Source: Eledone cirrhosa (taxonomy: Eukaryota). Taken from it: a DNA stretch of 64,000 bases. The stretch covers positions 284,146,001-284,210,000 of the forward strand of contig OZ024742.1 in assembly GCA_964016885.1 (NCBI GenBank), in the 5' to 3' direction. A program made the translations under genes and the position numbers. A model generated the notes under the pieces. The model searched no databases. It saw nothing but the letters and a program-made list of their open reading frames with translations, and was not told the origin of the DNA. Positions 1 to 13,846 of the stretch are shown in pieces; within the stretch, counting starts at the first letter, position 1, and each line of letters opens with the position of its first letter.

Positions 1-34
1 TATATAAATATATATATATATATATAAATATATA

Positions 35-713
35 TAACAATATATTTAGAAACACACAGATACATGCGGACCCACACATATATACATGAATGCATCCGCA
101 CCCAACTGTGAGTTAAGGATGCCAACTTCACCGATGTTGCTCAATGAATGACTGGGACAGACCAATTCAGTTGAACTAGACTGAACCAGTATCAGAGTTA
201 AAAATACATTATGAAGAGAGAAGAAACATTTAGATATAATTAGTAATAAAATGTATCATACCTAAACTGCTCCTAAATTCCTCGACTACGTAGCTTCGTG
301 GCATAAACAAAAACAATATATCAAAGATATAGAGTCCCTGCGAGGTCTGCCGACTTATCAAGAGAATACCTCATTTTACTAGTCTCAAGAACGCGTCTAC
401 ACGACGTGAGAAAGAATCCCAAAAGGCGGAGGGGGAGATAGTCACGCGATATAACGGTCGAGAAACAGAGCTAAGCCTCTTATAACCACAAAGAAAATAC
501 CACGGAGGCGGAGGGGGTATTCATATCGAGGCCGCAGAAGAGGTGGTGAAGAAGGCGAAAAGTATGAGTAATGGAAGCTTTCCAGTTGTCCCCACACTTC
601 AAAGATTGCTCGACCAGAGGGAGTTATTAACAATATATTTAGAAACACACAGATACATGCGGACCCACACATATATACATGAATGCGTCCGCACCCAACT
701 GTGAGTTAAGGAT
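35..713. mobile_element. 679-bp island with 86-bp terminal direct repeats embedded in (TA)n; unclassified (partial-tandem/pLTR-like)
   Basis: 35-120 and 628-713 are identical except one base (gcatcc/gcgtcc); TA microsatellite on both sides; no TG..CA termini. Confidence 0.55.
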
Positions 714-973
714 ATATATATATAAATATATATATAAATATATGTATATATATATATAAATATATGTATATATATATATAAATATATGTATATATATATA
801 TAAATATATGTATATATATATATAAATATATGTATATATATATAAATATATGTATATATATATATAAATATATGTATATATATATAAATATATGTATATA
901 TATATAAATATATGTATATATATATAAATATATGTATATATATATAAATATATATATATATATAAATATATAA

Positions 974-1024
<51 letters not shown>

Positions 1025-1043
1025 AATATATATATATATAAAT

Positions 1044-1104
<61 letters not shown>

Positions 1105-1135
1105 AATATATATATAAATATATATATATATAAAT

Positions 1136-1196
<61 letters not shown>

Positions 1197-1223
1197 AATA
1201 TATATATAAATATATATATATAA

Positions 1224-1266
<43 letters not shown>

Positions 1267-1359
1267 TATATATATAAATATATATATATAAATATATATA
1301 TATAAATATATATATATAAATATATATATATATAAATATATATATATAAATATAAATAT
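714..1359. repeat. Compound (TA)n microsatellite with periodic AA/GT interruptions
   Basis: Directly visible; source of the spurious IYIY ORFs. Confidence 0.95.
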
Positions 1360-2227
1360 ATCATCATCATCAACGTTTAACGTCCGTGTTCCACGCTTGC
1401 ATGGGTTTGGACGGGGGTATTCCCACTTGAGGCAAGAGTGATTGTCTTGCTCGCATAGGACTGTCTGGCAGGATTTCTACAGTTGGATGCCCTTCCTAAC
1501 ACCAACCACATTTACAGTGTGGGTCTGGGAGGTTTTTACCGTGTTGCCTACACGGCCACATTACAGCGTGGACTGTGTGTTTTTTTGTCGTGACACCTAC
1601 ACGATCTCATTTGTTTCGGCCTGGATGGTGTGGCACCAACATAACTTTACATAGAAGGGGGCGGTGTGGATGGGGTGGGGGGACGGGGGTGTATTTTGTT
1701 AGAGATGCCTACTGACTGTAGTAGGTTTTACTTTGTATTTAGGTAAGGCAGGTCTTCTCTATTACTGAGTACCGCCAAAGGTCTCGGTCCAGTGACATTG
1801 TCTTGGTGAGGTGTAAGTGTGTGAGGTCGGAGTTTATCAGCTCGTCCCAGGTTTTTCTGGGTCTGCCTATTCCGTGGCTACCGTCTATCTTTATTGCCCT
1901 GCACTTTGTTATACAGCTATCATCCTTCATGCGCATCACGTGACCATACCAACGTAGCCTTCTCTCTAGTAAACAACATCTGATCCCTCTTATTTCTAAT
2001 TTTTTCCTTAGTTCGTTTATGCTTTGTCGTTCACGTATATTACTATTACACATCCAGCGGAGCATGCAAGCTTCGTTTCTCTCTAGTCTGCGTATATCCT
2101 CTGCACACAATGCCCAGGTCTCACTGCCATGCAACATTGCTGTTCGTATGCAGGCATCGTACAGCCTGCCTTTCATTTTTAGGGAGAACCCTTTAGCGGC
2201 TAATAGTGGTATAAGCTCTCTGAACTT
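1360..2227 (-). mobile_element. RTE-clade LINE (family A), 5'-truncated 3' fragment
   Basis: KFRELIPLL...[11 protein letters not shown]...GRPRKTW C-terminus, 3'UTR and (GAT)n tail, near-identical to 6085-6963. Confidence 0.93.
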
Positions 2228-2264
<37 letters not shown>

Positions 2265-2729
2265 CATATAAATATATACATATAAATATATACATATATA
2301 TAAATATATACATATAAATATATACATATATATAAATATATACATATAAATAAATATATACATATATATAAATATATATATATAAATATATATATATAAA
2401 TATATATATATAAATATATATATATAAATATATATATATAAATATATATATATAAATATATATATATAAATATATATATATAAATATAAATATATATATA
2501 TAAATATATATATATAAATATATATATATAAATATATATATATAAATATATATATATAAATATATATATATAAATATATATATATAAATATATATATATA
2601 AATATATATATATATAAATATATATATATATAAATATATATATATATAAATATATATATATAAATATATATATATATAAATATATATATATATAAATATA
2701 TATATATATAAATATATATATATATAAAT

Positions 2730-2762
<33 letters not shown>

Positions 2763-2797
2763 AATATATATATATATAAATATATATATATATAAAT

Positions 2798-2830
<33 letters not shown>

Positions 2831-2861
2831 AATATATATATATAAATATATATAAATATAT

Positions 2862-2892
<31 letters not shown>

Positions 2893-2929
2893 ATATATAA
2901 TATATATATATAAATATAATATATATAAA
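2228..2929. repeat. Compound (TA)n/(TATATATATAAA)n microsatellite
   Basis: Directly visible. Confidence 0.95.
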
Positions 2930-5900
2930 TCGCCAACTCACTATTTCTGGGATGGCTGTTCCCTTCGGTTCCTTCGGTATAAAGTAACGTTCAAATTTTT
3001 CTCGATTCTTCTCTCCATTCGAACCCATTCATTCAATCACTTCCATGTCCTAATTTCACACTATATCATATTTTCACCATTCTATATCATATCTTTTCTC
3101 TAAAAATCATATTTTCCCTATCACCGCATTTTCTCTATCGTATTTTCTTAAACAAAACAAATCTTGTATTTTCGTTTATTGTTAAATTATGCCCAAAATA
3201 CGGCGATCTTATCTTAAACCTTACATTCTCGCTAACAACCCATCATCCCTCCCTCCCGCCCCCACGCACCACCATTATTACGTGGACCAATCATAAGACA
3301 GAGGCCCATACTATCGCTTAACTGGTTGCTTTTCGATATGATAGATGGACTACGGAATTCTGGAGAGTTGAAGAGAGAAAAATGTGGACGCTCAGCGACA
3401 ATGCCAAAGATAAAGCCAAATTCACCTCGTGGACGAGAATGCAAGCACTCCTCCTTGTTTCGGCCCAGGATGGCTAACATAACCCCATCCCCCCCCCGCG
3501 CCCCACCGCTCCCACCCTCCAAACGCAATCCAAAACTTCAGAGTTGGTACCATGAATGTAGGCACCTTAAAGGGTCGCTCTAACGAGGTTGTAGAAATGC
3601 TTGAACGAAAGGAGGTCGATGTTTGTTGTATTCAAGAGACCAGGTGGAGGGGAGGGGAGGCTAGATTCATCGTGGGTAAAGAACGATGCTATAAGCTTTT
3701 CTGGGTGGGAAATGACAATGGGTTGGGTGGGGTAGGAATCATGGTAGCAGAAAAGTGGGCAGATAAGATAATAGACGTAAATAGAGTGAACGACAGAATA
3801 ATTAAAATAAGACTTGTCCTCAATAAAACTACGGTGACAGTAATATCTGCGTACGCACCCCAATCCGGACTGCCCGGCGCTATAAAAGACAGATTCTACG
3901 AGACACTGATGCTCGCTACCTCCCAAATAACCGACAGTGACTATATAGTTATTGCAGGCGACCTAAGTGGTCACGTTGGACAACATTGTGACGGCTATGA
4001 CGGAATCCATGGAGGCTATGGGTTCGGTACTAGAAATGAGGAAGGCTCCAGAATCCTGGAATTCTGCGACGCAAATAACTTAACTATCTGTAACACTAAC
4101 TTCAAAAAACGAGACAATCACTTGATCACCTATAGATCGGGGGAACACACAAGCCAGGTAGATTATATCCTTACCAGAAGACGTGACAGAGTGTCTGTTG
4201 TTAACACTAAATCCCACCCCCCTGAAGAATTCACCTCCCAACATAGACTGATAATTAGCGACCTCATAGTCAGGACGAGACGTACTAGACAGCGGAAGAG
4301 GACTATCCTCAGGAGAAAAATATGGAAGCTAAAGGACCCCATAGCCAGAAATAAATTTCAAAGCATATTACTTGACGCTTTCGACAGTAAGGAAGAGCAA
4401 TTAGAGTCGTATAATATAGAGGAACAGTGGGAATTCCTGAGAGCAAACCTGCTGACGGCGGCAGACGAAGTCTGTGGCTGGAGCAGGCCTGTAGGTAGGA
4501 GGAGAGAAACATGGTGGTGGAACAGTAAGGTGGAGGAGTCAATTAAGGCCAAAAAGCAGGCTTGGAAAGTATGGCGGGATGGGGGAAGTAGAGAAGACTA
4601 TCAAGTGGCCAGGAGGGAAGCTAGGAGACAAGTGTACTTCGCAAGAAGGGAAGCAGAGGAAAGAAAGTTCAAGCATGTTCTACAACGTGAGGACCAAAAA
4701 CGTGAGGTGTTCAGGATTGCCAGGCAATGTGTCAAGGAAAACCGTGATATTGTCGGGGAGAAGTGTGTACTTAACGATGATGGCATACTTGCCATCACCG
4801 ACGCTGATAAGAAGGTAGCTTGGAAGTGTCACTACGAAAGGCTTCTAAATGAGGAGAACAAATGGGAGAAAGACAGTCTCCCCCAGATCGATCCAATAGA
4901 GGGACCAGCAGTGTTAGTTGAAGGTAGTATAATAAGTAAGGCAATCAAAGATATGAAGACGGGTAAGGCGGCTGGGCCTTCGGAAATAGTTGCTGAGATG
5001 CTGAAGGCATCTGGTTCGGTGGGACACACCATGGTCACCCGGATAGTTAACCAAGTCGTACAGAATGGGGTTGTTCCGAAGGAATGGCGTAGCAGCATCA
5101 TCGTTAACTGCTATAAGGGAAAAGGAGATGCCCTAGATAGGAGTAACTATAGAGGCATTAAATTAATCGACCAGGTCATGAAGGTCACGGAAAAAGTAAT
5201 AGCGCAACTAATCAGAGAGAGAATTGATCTAGATGAAATGCAGTTCGGGTTTGTGTCAGGCAAAAGTACCACAGACGCTCTTTTCATTGTACGACAACTA
5301 CAGGAGAAGTACCTAGCTAAAAGTAAACCCCTATACTTAGCTTTCGTCGACTTGGAGAAAGCCTTCGACAGAGTCCCCCGTTCCATTATCTGGTGGTCTC
5401 TTAGAAAACTAGGTGTTGACGAATGGCTTGTGAGAGCTATACAAGCCATGTATAAAGAAACAGTCAGTAAGGTTCGAATTAACAACGAATATAGTGAAGA
5501 GTTTAGCGTAAAAGTTGGTGTCCATCAGGACTCTGTTCTTAGCCCCCTACTATTTATTATTGCCCTTCAGGCTATAACAGAGGAGTTCAAGACCGGCTGC
5601 CCATGGGAACTCCTATACTCAGATGATCTAACGCTCATAGCTGAATCAATGGCCGAGCTAGAGAAGAAATTCCAAACATGGAAGCACGGCCTAGAATCAA
5701 AAAGCCTTAAAATTAACCTGGCTCAGACTAAAGTTCTAGTTTGTAAGAAAGAAAATAAGGGGGCAGTCCCTTCCGGGAAGTGGCCATGCTCAGTGTGTAG
5801 GAAAGGCGTAGGTAGAAACTCCATTTTATGTCCCAAATGCAAAGTATGGATGCATAAAAGATGTAGTGGGATCACAGGTAAGCTAACTAAGAACATAGAT

Positions 5901-6963
5901 TTTTACATGTGGCCGGTGCTCTGGTGCAATAAGTAGCAGCAAGTGCCCACAAAATACTAGCTCCTTCAACTGCGCAGAGGGTTCTATAGAAATAGTGGAC
6001 AGCTTCCGTTACCTGGGTGACAAAATCAGAAGTGGGGGAGGGTGCTCTGAAAGTACAGTAGCTAGAGTCAGAACTGGATGGAAAAAGTTCAGAGAGCTTA
6101 TACCACTATTAGCCGCTAAAGGGTTCTCCCTAAAAATGAAAGGCAGGTTGTATGATGCCTGCATACGAACAGCAATGTTGCATGGCAGTGAGACCTGGGC
6201 ATTGTGTACAGAGGATATACGCAGACTAGAGAGGAACGAAGCTTGCATGCTCCGCTGGATGTGTAACAGTAATATACGTGAACGGCAAAGCATAAACGAA
6301 CTAAGGAAAAAATTAGAGATAAGAGGGATCAGATGTTGTTTACTCGAGAGAAGGCTACGTTGGTATGGACACGTGATGCGTATGAAAGTCGATAGCTGTA
6401 TAACAAAGTGCAGGGCAATAAAGATAGACGGTAGTCACGGAATAGGCAGACCTAGAAAAACCTGGGACGAGCTGATAAACTCCAACATCACACACTTACA
6501 CCTCTCCAAGACAATGTCACTGGACCGAGACCTTTGGCGGTACTCAGTAACAGAGAAGACCCGCCTTACCTAAATATATAGTAAAACCTACTCCAGCCAG
6601 TAGGCATCTCTAACAAAATACACCCCGTCCCACCACCCCCACCCCCACACCACCCCGTTCTATGTAAAGTTATGTTGGTGCCGCGCCATCCAGGCCGAAA
6701 CAAATGAGATCGTGTAGGTGTCACGACAAAAAAACACACAGTCCACACTGTAATGTGGCCGTGTAGGCAACACGGTAAAAACCTCCCAGACCCACACTGT
6801 AAATGTGGTTGGTGTTAGGAAGGGCATCCAACTGTAGAAAACCTGCCAGACAGTCCTATGCGAGCAAGACAATCACTCTTGCCTCAAGTGGGACTACCCC
6901 CGTCCAAACCCATGCAAGCGTGGAACACGGACGTTAAACGTTGATGATGATGATGATGATGAT
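2930..6963 (+). mobile_element. RTE-clade LINE (family A), near full-length copy
   Basis: 5'UTR (start approximate), single APE+RT ORF, about 370-bp 3'UTR and (GAT)n tail at 6942-6963; TA microsatellite on both sides. Confidence 0.95.
3552..6573 (+). pseudogene. RTE ORF: APE endonuclease + reverse transcriptase + internal PHD-type finger, disabled
   Basis: Motifs [17 protein letters not shown](S)[22 protein letters not shown](D)SVLSP, Y(S)DD, FRYLG. One extra T at 5900-5904 relative to sibling copies splits ORFs 3552-5936 and 5995-6573; siblings have GDLN, HQGS and YADD. Confidence 0.92.
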
Positions 6964-6999
6964 ATAATATATATATTTATATATATATATATATATATA

Positions 7000-9900
7000 C
7001 AATGCTATTCTATAATTCTGTCTGGCTGTTCTAAATAATCTTGTGTATTTTAATCGCTTGTTACTGTTTATTGCTTTATTTAAAACCCTCCCCTCACTAA
7101 CTACCCCATACCCCAGCCGCCCACCCCCACTCTCCACCATTATTATTTGGACAAATCATAAGTCAGCGGCCTATGCTATCACTTCTCCTGGTTGCTTTTC
7201 GATATGATGGATGGACTACAGGTTCCCTCAACCCCCCCCCCATCTCTCTCCAAATGTAAAATAAACTTGTGAGCTACGAATCTCAGAGTTTGTCGGTCCC
7301 TCATCTTTGTCGCTCGTTTTTGAAATATGTAATGTATTCATCCTATTCTTGTCTATCCATGTTTCCTAGTCCTTCAAAACAATCTTCTTGTATTTTAAAC
7401 TCCCATAATTCAGTCAGATCCTCGAAAGCAATCTTCTACTTGTATTTAAACTCTTAATACTGTTATATGCTTGTTTAATTATGGCCGAATTTCTAGGATT
7501 ATATTATAAAATAACCTTCTCGCTAACTCCCCCAGATCCCCCCCCCCCCTCCGCCCCCACTCGCCACCATTATTATTTGGTCCAATCATAATTCAGTGGC
7601 TTATAATATGTTTCTCCTACAAATCTCTTTCACAAAACCCCCGCCTCAGCCATCACTCCTTAAGTTTAGACCTGGTTGCTTTTCGATATGCTAGATGGAC
7701 TATGGAATTCTGGAGAGTCTGAAAAATCTGGACACCCAAAGACAATGCCAAAGATAAAGATAAATTCACCTCATGTTGGCGGACGAGAATGCAAGGACTC
7801 CTCTTTATTTCGGCCGCGGATGGCTAACATAACGCCATCTCCCTCTCCGCGTCTCATCCTTCCCACCCACCAAACGCAATCCAAAACTTCAGAGTTGGTG
7901 CCATGAATGTAGGCACTTTAAAACGTCGCTCTAACGAGGTTGTAGAGATGCTTGAACGTAAGGAGGTTGATGTTTGTTGTATTCAAGAGACCAGGTGGAG
8001 GGGTGGGTCTGCTAGATTCATTGTGGGTAAAAAACGATGCTATAAACTTTTCTGGGTGGGAAACGACAATGGGCCTGGTGGGGTGGGAAACGACAATGGG
8101 CTGGGTGGGGTAGGAATCATGCTAGCAGAAAAATGGGTAGATAAGATAATAGACGTAAATAGAGTGAACGACAGAATAATTAAAATAAGACTTGTCCTAA
8201 ATAGAACTACTGTGACAATAATATCCGCCCATGCACCCCAATCCAGACTGCCTGGAGTTATAAAAGACAGATTCTATGGATCGCTAATGCTCACTACCTC
8301 CCAAATAACCGACAGTGACTACATAATTATTGTTGGCGACCTAAATGGTCACGTTGGACAACATTGTGATGGCTATGACGGAATCCATGGAGGCTATGGG
8401 TTTGGTACTAGAAATGAGGAAGGCTCCAGAATCCTGGAATTCTGTGACGCAAATAACCTAACTATCTGCAACACAAACTTCAAAAAACGAGACAATCACT
8501 TGATCACCTATAGATCAGGGGAACACACCAGTCAGATAGATTATATCCTTACCAGAAGACGTGACAGAGTGTCTGTTGTAAACACTAAATCCCTCCCCCA
8601 TGAAGAATGCACCTCCCAACATAGCCTCATAGTTAGCGACCTCATAGTCAGGATGTGACGTACTCGACTACAGAGGAGGTCTACCCTAAGGACAAGAATA
8701 TGGAAGTTAAAGGACCCCACAGCCAGTAACAAATTTAAAAGCATATTACTTGATGCTTTTGACAGTAAGGAAGTACCTAGCTAAAAGTAAACCCCTATAC
8801 TTAGCTTTTGTTGACTTGGAGAAAGCATACAGTCAGTAAGGTTAGAATTAACAACGGATAGTGTGAAGAATCAGAGCTTTGTCCTTAGCCCTCCTCCAAT
8901 TTATTATTGCCCTTCAGGCTATAACAGAAGTTCAAGACCGGCTGCCCATGGGAACTTCTCTATGCAGATGATCTATCACTCATAGCTGAATTGATGGATG
9001 AACTAGAAAAGAAATTCCAAACATGGAAGCATGGCCTAGAATCAAAAGGCTTTAAAGTTAACTTGTCTAAGACTAAAGTTCTAGTATGTAGGAAGGAAAA
9101 TAGAGCACAGGTCCCCCGCTGGGATATGGCCATGCTCAATGTGTAGGAAAGGAGTAGGCAGAAATTCCACTTTATGTCCCAAATGCAAAGTATGGGTGCA
9201 TAAAAGATGTAGTGGGAGCACAGGTAAGCTATCTAAGAACGTAGATTTTATATGTGGCCGGTGCTCAGGTGCAATAAGTAGCAAGCGCCCACAGGATACT
9301 AGCTACTAGCTCCTTCTATTGCCCAGATGGCTCTATAGAAATAGTGGACACCTTCCGTTACCTGGGTGACAAAATCAGCAGTAGTGGAGGGTGATCAGAA
9401 AGTCCAGTATCCAGAGTCAGAATGGGATGGAAAAAGTTCAGAGAGCTAATACCACTATTGGCCGTTAAAGGTTTCTCTCTAAAAATGTAAGGCAGACTGT
9501 ATGATGCTTGCATATGAACAGCAATGTTACATGACAGTGAAACATGGGCATTGTGTGTGCAGAGGTCGAAGCATGCATGCTCCGCTGGATGTGTAATAGT
9601 AATATACGTGAACAGCAAAGCATAAATGAACTAAGTGAGAAATTAGGTATAAGAGGGATCAGATGCTGTTTACTCGAGAGAAGACTATGTTGGTATGGTC
9701 ATGTGATGCGCATGAAAGATGACAACTATATAAAAAAATGCAGGGCGATCAAAATTGACGGAAGTTACGGAGTAGACAGACCCAGAAAAACCTGGGACGA
9801 TTTGATAACTTCCGACCTTACTCACTTACACCTCTCTAAGACAATGTTGCTAGACCGAGATCTTTGGCGCTACGCAGTAATACAGAAAACCCGCCTTGCC

Positions 9901-10285
9901 TATGTACAAAGCGAAACCTACAGTTAGTAGGCACCTCTTAATCAAATATACACCCCCCTCCCACTACCTCACCCCATCAACACCACCCCTTTCTCTGTAA
10001 AGTTATGTTGGTACCACAACATCTAGTCCTAAATAAATGAGGTCATGTAGGTGTCACGACAAAAAAAAACACACAGTCCACACTGTAATGTGCCAGTGTA
10101 GGTAACACGGTAAAAACCTCCCAGTACACACTGTAAACGTGGTTGGTGTTAGGAAGGGCATCCAGCCGTAGAAAACCTGCCAGACAGTCCTATATGAGCA
10201 AGACAACCAATCTTACCTCAAGTGGGACAATTCCCGTCTAAACCCATGCTAGTGTGGAAAATAGATGATGATGATGATGATGATG
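7000..10285 (+). mobile_element. RTE family A, older copy with internal deletion and duplicated 5'UTR segment
   Basis: APE ORF 7903-8658; jump at about 8772 from the linker into RT; degenerate RT/PHD/C-terminus; 3'UTR and (GAT)n tail. 7124-7220 repeats 7555-7700. Confidence 0.9.
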
Positions 10286-10512
10286 AGGGCAGGGTATTTA
10301 TTAAGGAGGATGTGTGTATTATCTGATTATGTGTTGTATGTGGTCCTAGATGTGTGTTCTACTCGCTTCTGTTTTTTTCTTTTCTTTTTTTTTATTTGTA
10401 ATATTATTTATACAATAGGGAATAAAATAGATCTACATAGTGTTAACTCATTATGGTTGAGTCAATAATTTCAGACAAGATTCTAACTGTCTGCGCTCAA
10501 AGTGTCTTTGAG

Positions 10513-10672
10513 TTTTTCCATTTTTAGGATCTCAATTACCGGACATGCCTGCACACCTGCTCACAGCTGCAGACAGCATAACTATAGTCTGACCGCAGCT
10601 GTGAGCAGGTGTGCGGGCGTGTCCTGTGATTGAGACGTTGACCGGTAATTGAGATCCTAAAAAATGGAAAAA
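10513..10672. repeat. Nested inverted repeat / long hairpin
   Basis: 10530-10570 pairs with 10595-10635 (41 bp, 1 mismatch, 3 G-U); 10513-10542 also pairs with 10642-10672. Confidence 0.85.
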
Positions 10673-11604
10673 CCCAGCGCCCCCCCCCCCCCCTCTCCCA
10701 GCTCCAAACGCCCTCCTAACGTGACCTTGCTCCCCCGTTGAGAACCTTTGTACTAGAGCATCCAACAAGAAACATTTTGATACCACATTTGTGAAATTTG
10801 GATGAATAGTTAAGGAAATATGACGAATTGGTCAAAATCTTGCCTAATTAGGCCTAAATGAAGTAGTCATATTTGTGATGTCATATCTTTGAAACTGTGA
10901 AGTGATAATCATCTTCAAATTACACAAATTAATAGTGGCCATGGGATAGCAATTACCCTTTTTTTTTTCAGGTTCTTGAAAATGAAACTTTTTTGGCAAT
11001 TTTTGAAATATTTATGTAAAGATTATTTTGTTGTATGTAACAAACAGTCTATTTCGCATTACAAGTGTCAGCTTTTCATGTATTTTCAGACCTAGCTAAA
11101 TCCAAAAGTACTGGATCCACAAGAACTTCAGTTTTGGCACATTTGTAGTAGGTGTAGAACTAAATAAATTGTGTGATTTGGGAACATGATACCATTTTAA
11201 TAAAATTTTAATGAACTATCAAAACTGGCTATAAACAATTAAATGACAGTGATTAAAGGCTGTTGCAAACTTTCCATGCATTTTCAGACATAAGACATAG
11301 GTATATTGCAATCCATTATCTGTAGGGAGCTCAGTTTTGATATGCTAGTACATGGTATAAAACTGAATCCTCTCTGTAAGTTTGGTGCTTTACAATACAT
11401 TTGACACGAAAATCATGAAGCAAAATGTGGATTTTTGAGTGGTCAAACTGTGATTGTTGCCCCTTTTCAGAGCTCTACTGTGATACCTTATTAAATACTC
11501 TTTTTAACCCTATGTTGTCTCCACTGTAGGATAAATGTAAATATTGAAAAAGCTTTCATCTATATGATGAGGTTTATAGTTTGATAAATTATAACAGTTA
11601 ATAA

Positions 11605-12077
11605 ACTGTAAACGTGGTTGGTGTTGGGAAGGGCACTCACCCGTAGAAAACCCGCCAAACATGTAGGTGTCACGACAATAAAACACACAGTCCACGCTGT
11701 AATGTGGCCGTGTAGGTAACACGGTAAAAACCTCCCAGTCCACACTGTAAATGTGGTTGGTGTTAGGAAGGGCATAGACAATATGCCCCCACACCTCCCA
11801 CCGCAAGGTGGTCGTGGAGGTGCCACGGCAAAAAAGCACCCAGCCCACACTGTAAAGTGGACGTGTAGGCGCCACGAAAAAACACCCAGCACTCACTGTA
11901 AATGAGGTTGGTGTTAGGAAGGGCATCCAGCTGTAGAAATCAAGCCAAATCAGTTCCTGTATGAGCAAGGCATGGTCAGCCGACCAGACACTGCCCACAA
12001 CAGGACAACCCGTCTAACCCATGCTAGCGTGGAAGAACGGACGTAAAACGATGATGATGATGATGATGATGATGATG
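11605..12077 (+). mobile_element. Non-autonomous element made of RTE 3'UTR ~40-bp modules with (GAT)n tail
   Basis: Repeated cacactgtaaa(t)gtgg...ggtgttaggaagggcat modules ending in cccgtctaacccatgctagcgtggaagaacggacg-(gat)n. Confidence 0.8.
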
Positions 12078-12640
12078 AGTAGAGTAGCATAGAAAGGAAA
12101 AGAGAAAGAAAAGATATAACAGAAGAATATAAATCAAATTAAGGTGGTTAAAATGAGTCAAATTTGCTGAGTATTTCCACTTAGCAAGCAGTAGGGGGTT
12201 TGGAGATGGAGTCATCCCCTAAAATTTTGCTCTTTGAGTTCAAGTAAATAGTGTTTGGAGATGACAAACCTGGTAATACCCTAAATCTTTCACTTAGAGA
12301 TGACATTTCTTGATACCGTTGGTTTACGGATTGGATATTTCAAGTATCTTCCAAGAGATCTTATGTGGGACACCTTTCTCCTTTAATTGCCAGGCTTTTT
12401 TCAACAGGGCTGTATACTGGTTCTCATATCAGGATTCCCGAATGAGTGGAGATGCATGTAAAAAGAGCCAAAATTTTAGGAGATGCCTCCATCTCAAAAC
12501 CCTTCTGCTTGCAAAGTGGAAATATTCTACAGATTTGACTAATTTTCAACAACCTTAATTTGATGTATATACTCCTGTTATATCTTTTCCTTCTCTTTCT
12601 ACATTCACATAATACAATACACTTTCTATACTACACTACT
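12076..12640. mobile_element. Fold-back/MITE-like element with long imperfect terminal inverted repeats
   Basis: About 12080-12235 is the reverse complement of about 12462-12640 (aagatataaca...ctaaaattttg(g)ctcttt). Confidence 0.75.
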
Positions 12641-13810
12641 CCATAGCTTAATAAATATTAACATCTCTAAATTACATTCCACCACATACATCTGCTTTAG
12701 TATACAAACACGTGGTCAATCTCAAAATTCAAATTTACATCTTGGAGCTATTTCCTTTTGTTATATTACGTTTTATTCGTAAACCCACGTTCTTAGCAAA
12801 ATTTACTTTCAACGGTATCTTATAAACTTTTATAAGTGCCTGAAGAAAGGTCACTAATTTGATGCCGCTAATATTTTGGAGGTATGGTCAAATTTGGGCT
12901 TTGAAATCTTGGGTAGAGCCTTTGTTCCATGTATGAACATAAATTATTAATATATATATTATTTTCTTTTTTTAGTAGTTTCAGTCTTTAGACTGAAGCC
13001 TTGTTGAGGCACTGGCTTTATTTAGTTGAACATAAACACCTATTTTATTGATTTCTTCGATGTTGTACAGTTTTATTGTGGAACCTTTATGAAAACCTTT
13101 AGAGTTGACAGAATAAAGTAACAGTCAAGTACTTAGATCAATTCCATTGACTTCTCCGTCCCAAACTGATCTTGTGCTTAAATGAGAAACCATTTATAAG
13201 TTGGTGTCTGGAACATAACATAAAGGTTCTTACATAAAATTATGAATGACAAGCTTTAGATAAATATATACACTTTAGATAAACAGTTTAGTATTGTAGA
13301 ACCAAGGGTGGTTTCAGGCAGTTTACTATCAAAAGGGGTTAAAGTTTAATTAGGGATAAAGATTAAAAATCTGTGGTGGATAATCACAAAAGCTAAATAA
13401 AACTTTGTTATTGCTTAGAGTGATGGTGATGATAGGGGGGGGGGGGGGTAGAAGAACTGGATCAAAATAAAAATGGCCGAATACTATGGTATAAGTTTGA
13501 GAAATTTTTTTTTTTTGTGTTTCTCTAAAGAAGGGCTTTCCTTGAAACCGTCTTCTCACCTCTAGGACAGCATCTGAATTTGTGACTTTATATAATAAAT
13601 ATTCAAACTAAATAGGGTCAGATCATGCCATTCTGACAAAGTTAATGGGTAAACTATTATTATTCTATGTTACAGCATTTACAAAAATAAAAATAAAAGG
13701 TGTGTGAGGGTTAGAATGTCTTCACGGTATAGGAACCAAGACATTGTAAGAAACCAGAGTAATGGTTATACTGACTAAAAAAAAAAAAAAAAAAAAATCA
13801 AGCCAGAGTA

Positions 13811-13846
<36 letters not shown>

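Noticed and set aside
1655-1692. G-quadruplex-like G-runs in RTE 3'UTRs
   Set aside because: G-rich on the antisense strand of the element and variable among copies; no support for function.
639-3028. Long IYIY/YIYM-rich ORFs here and at 31.6-32.1, 38.3-38.8, 42.9-43.2, 46.5-47.7, 48.7-49.5 and 51.1-51.6 kb
   Set aside because: Translations of stop-free microsatellites; the N-terminal part of the 1069-aa ORF is the same artefact.
3420-3485. HDV-like ribozyme in the family A 5'UTR (ggatggctaa resembles a J4/2 segment)
   Set aside because: Could not build consistent P1/P2/P3 pairings in both copies by eye.
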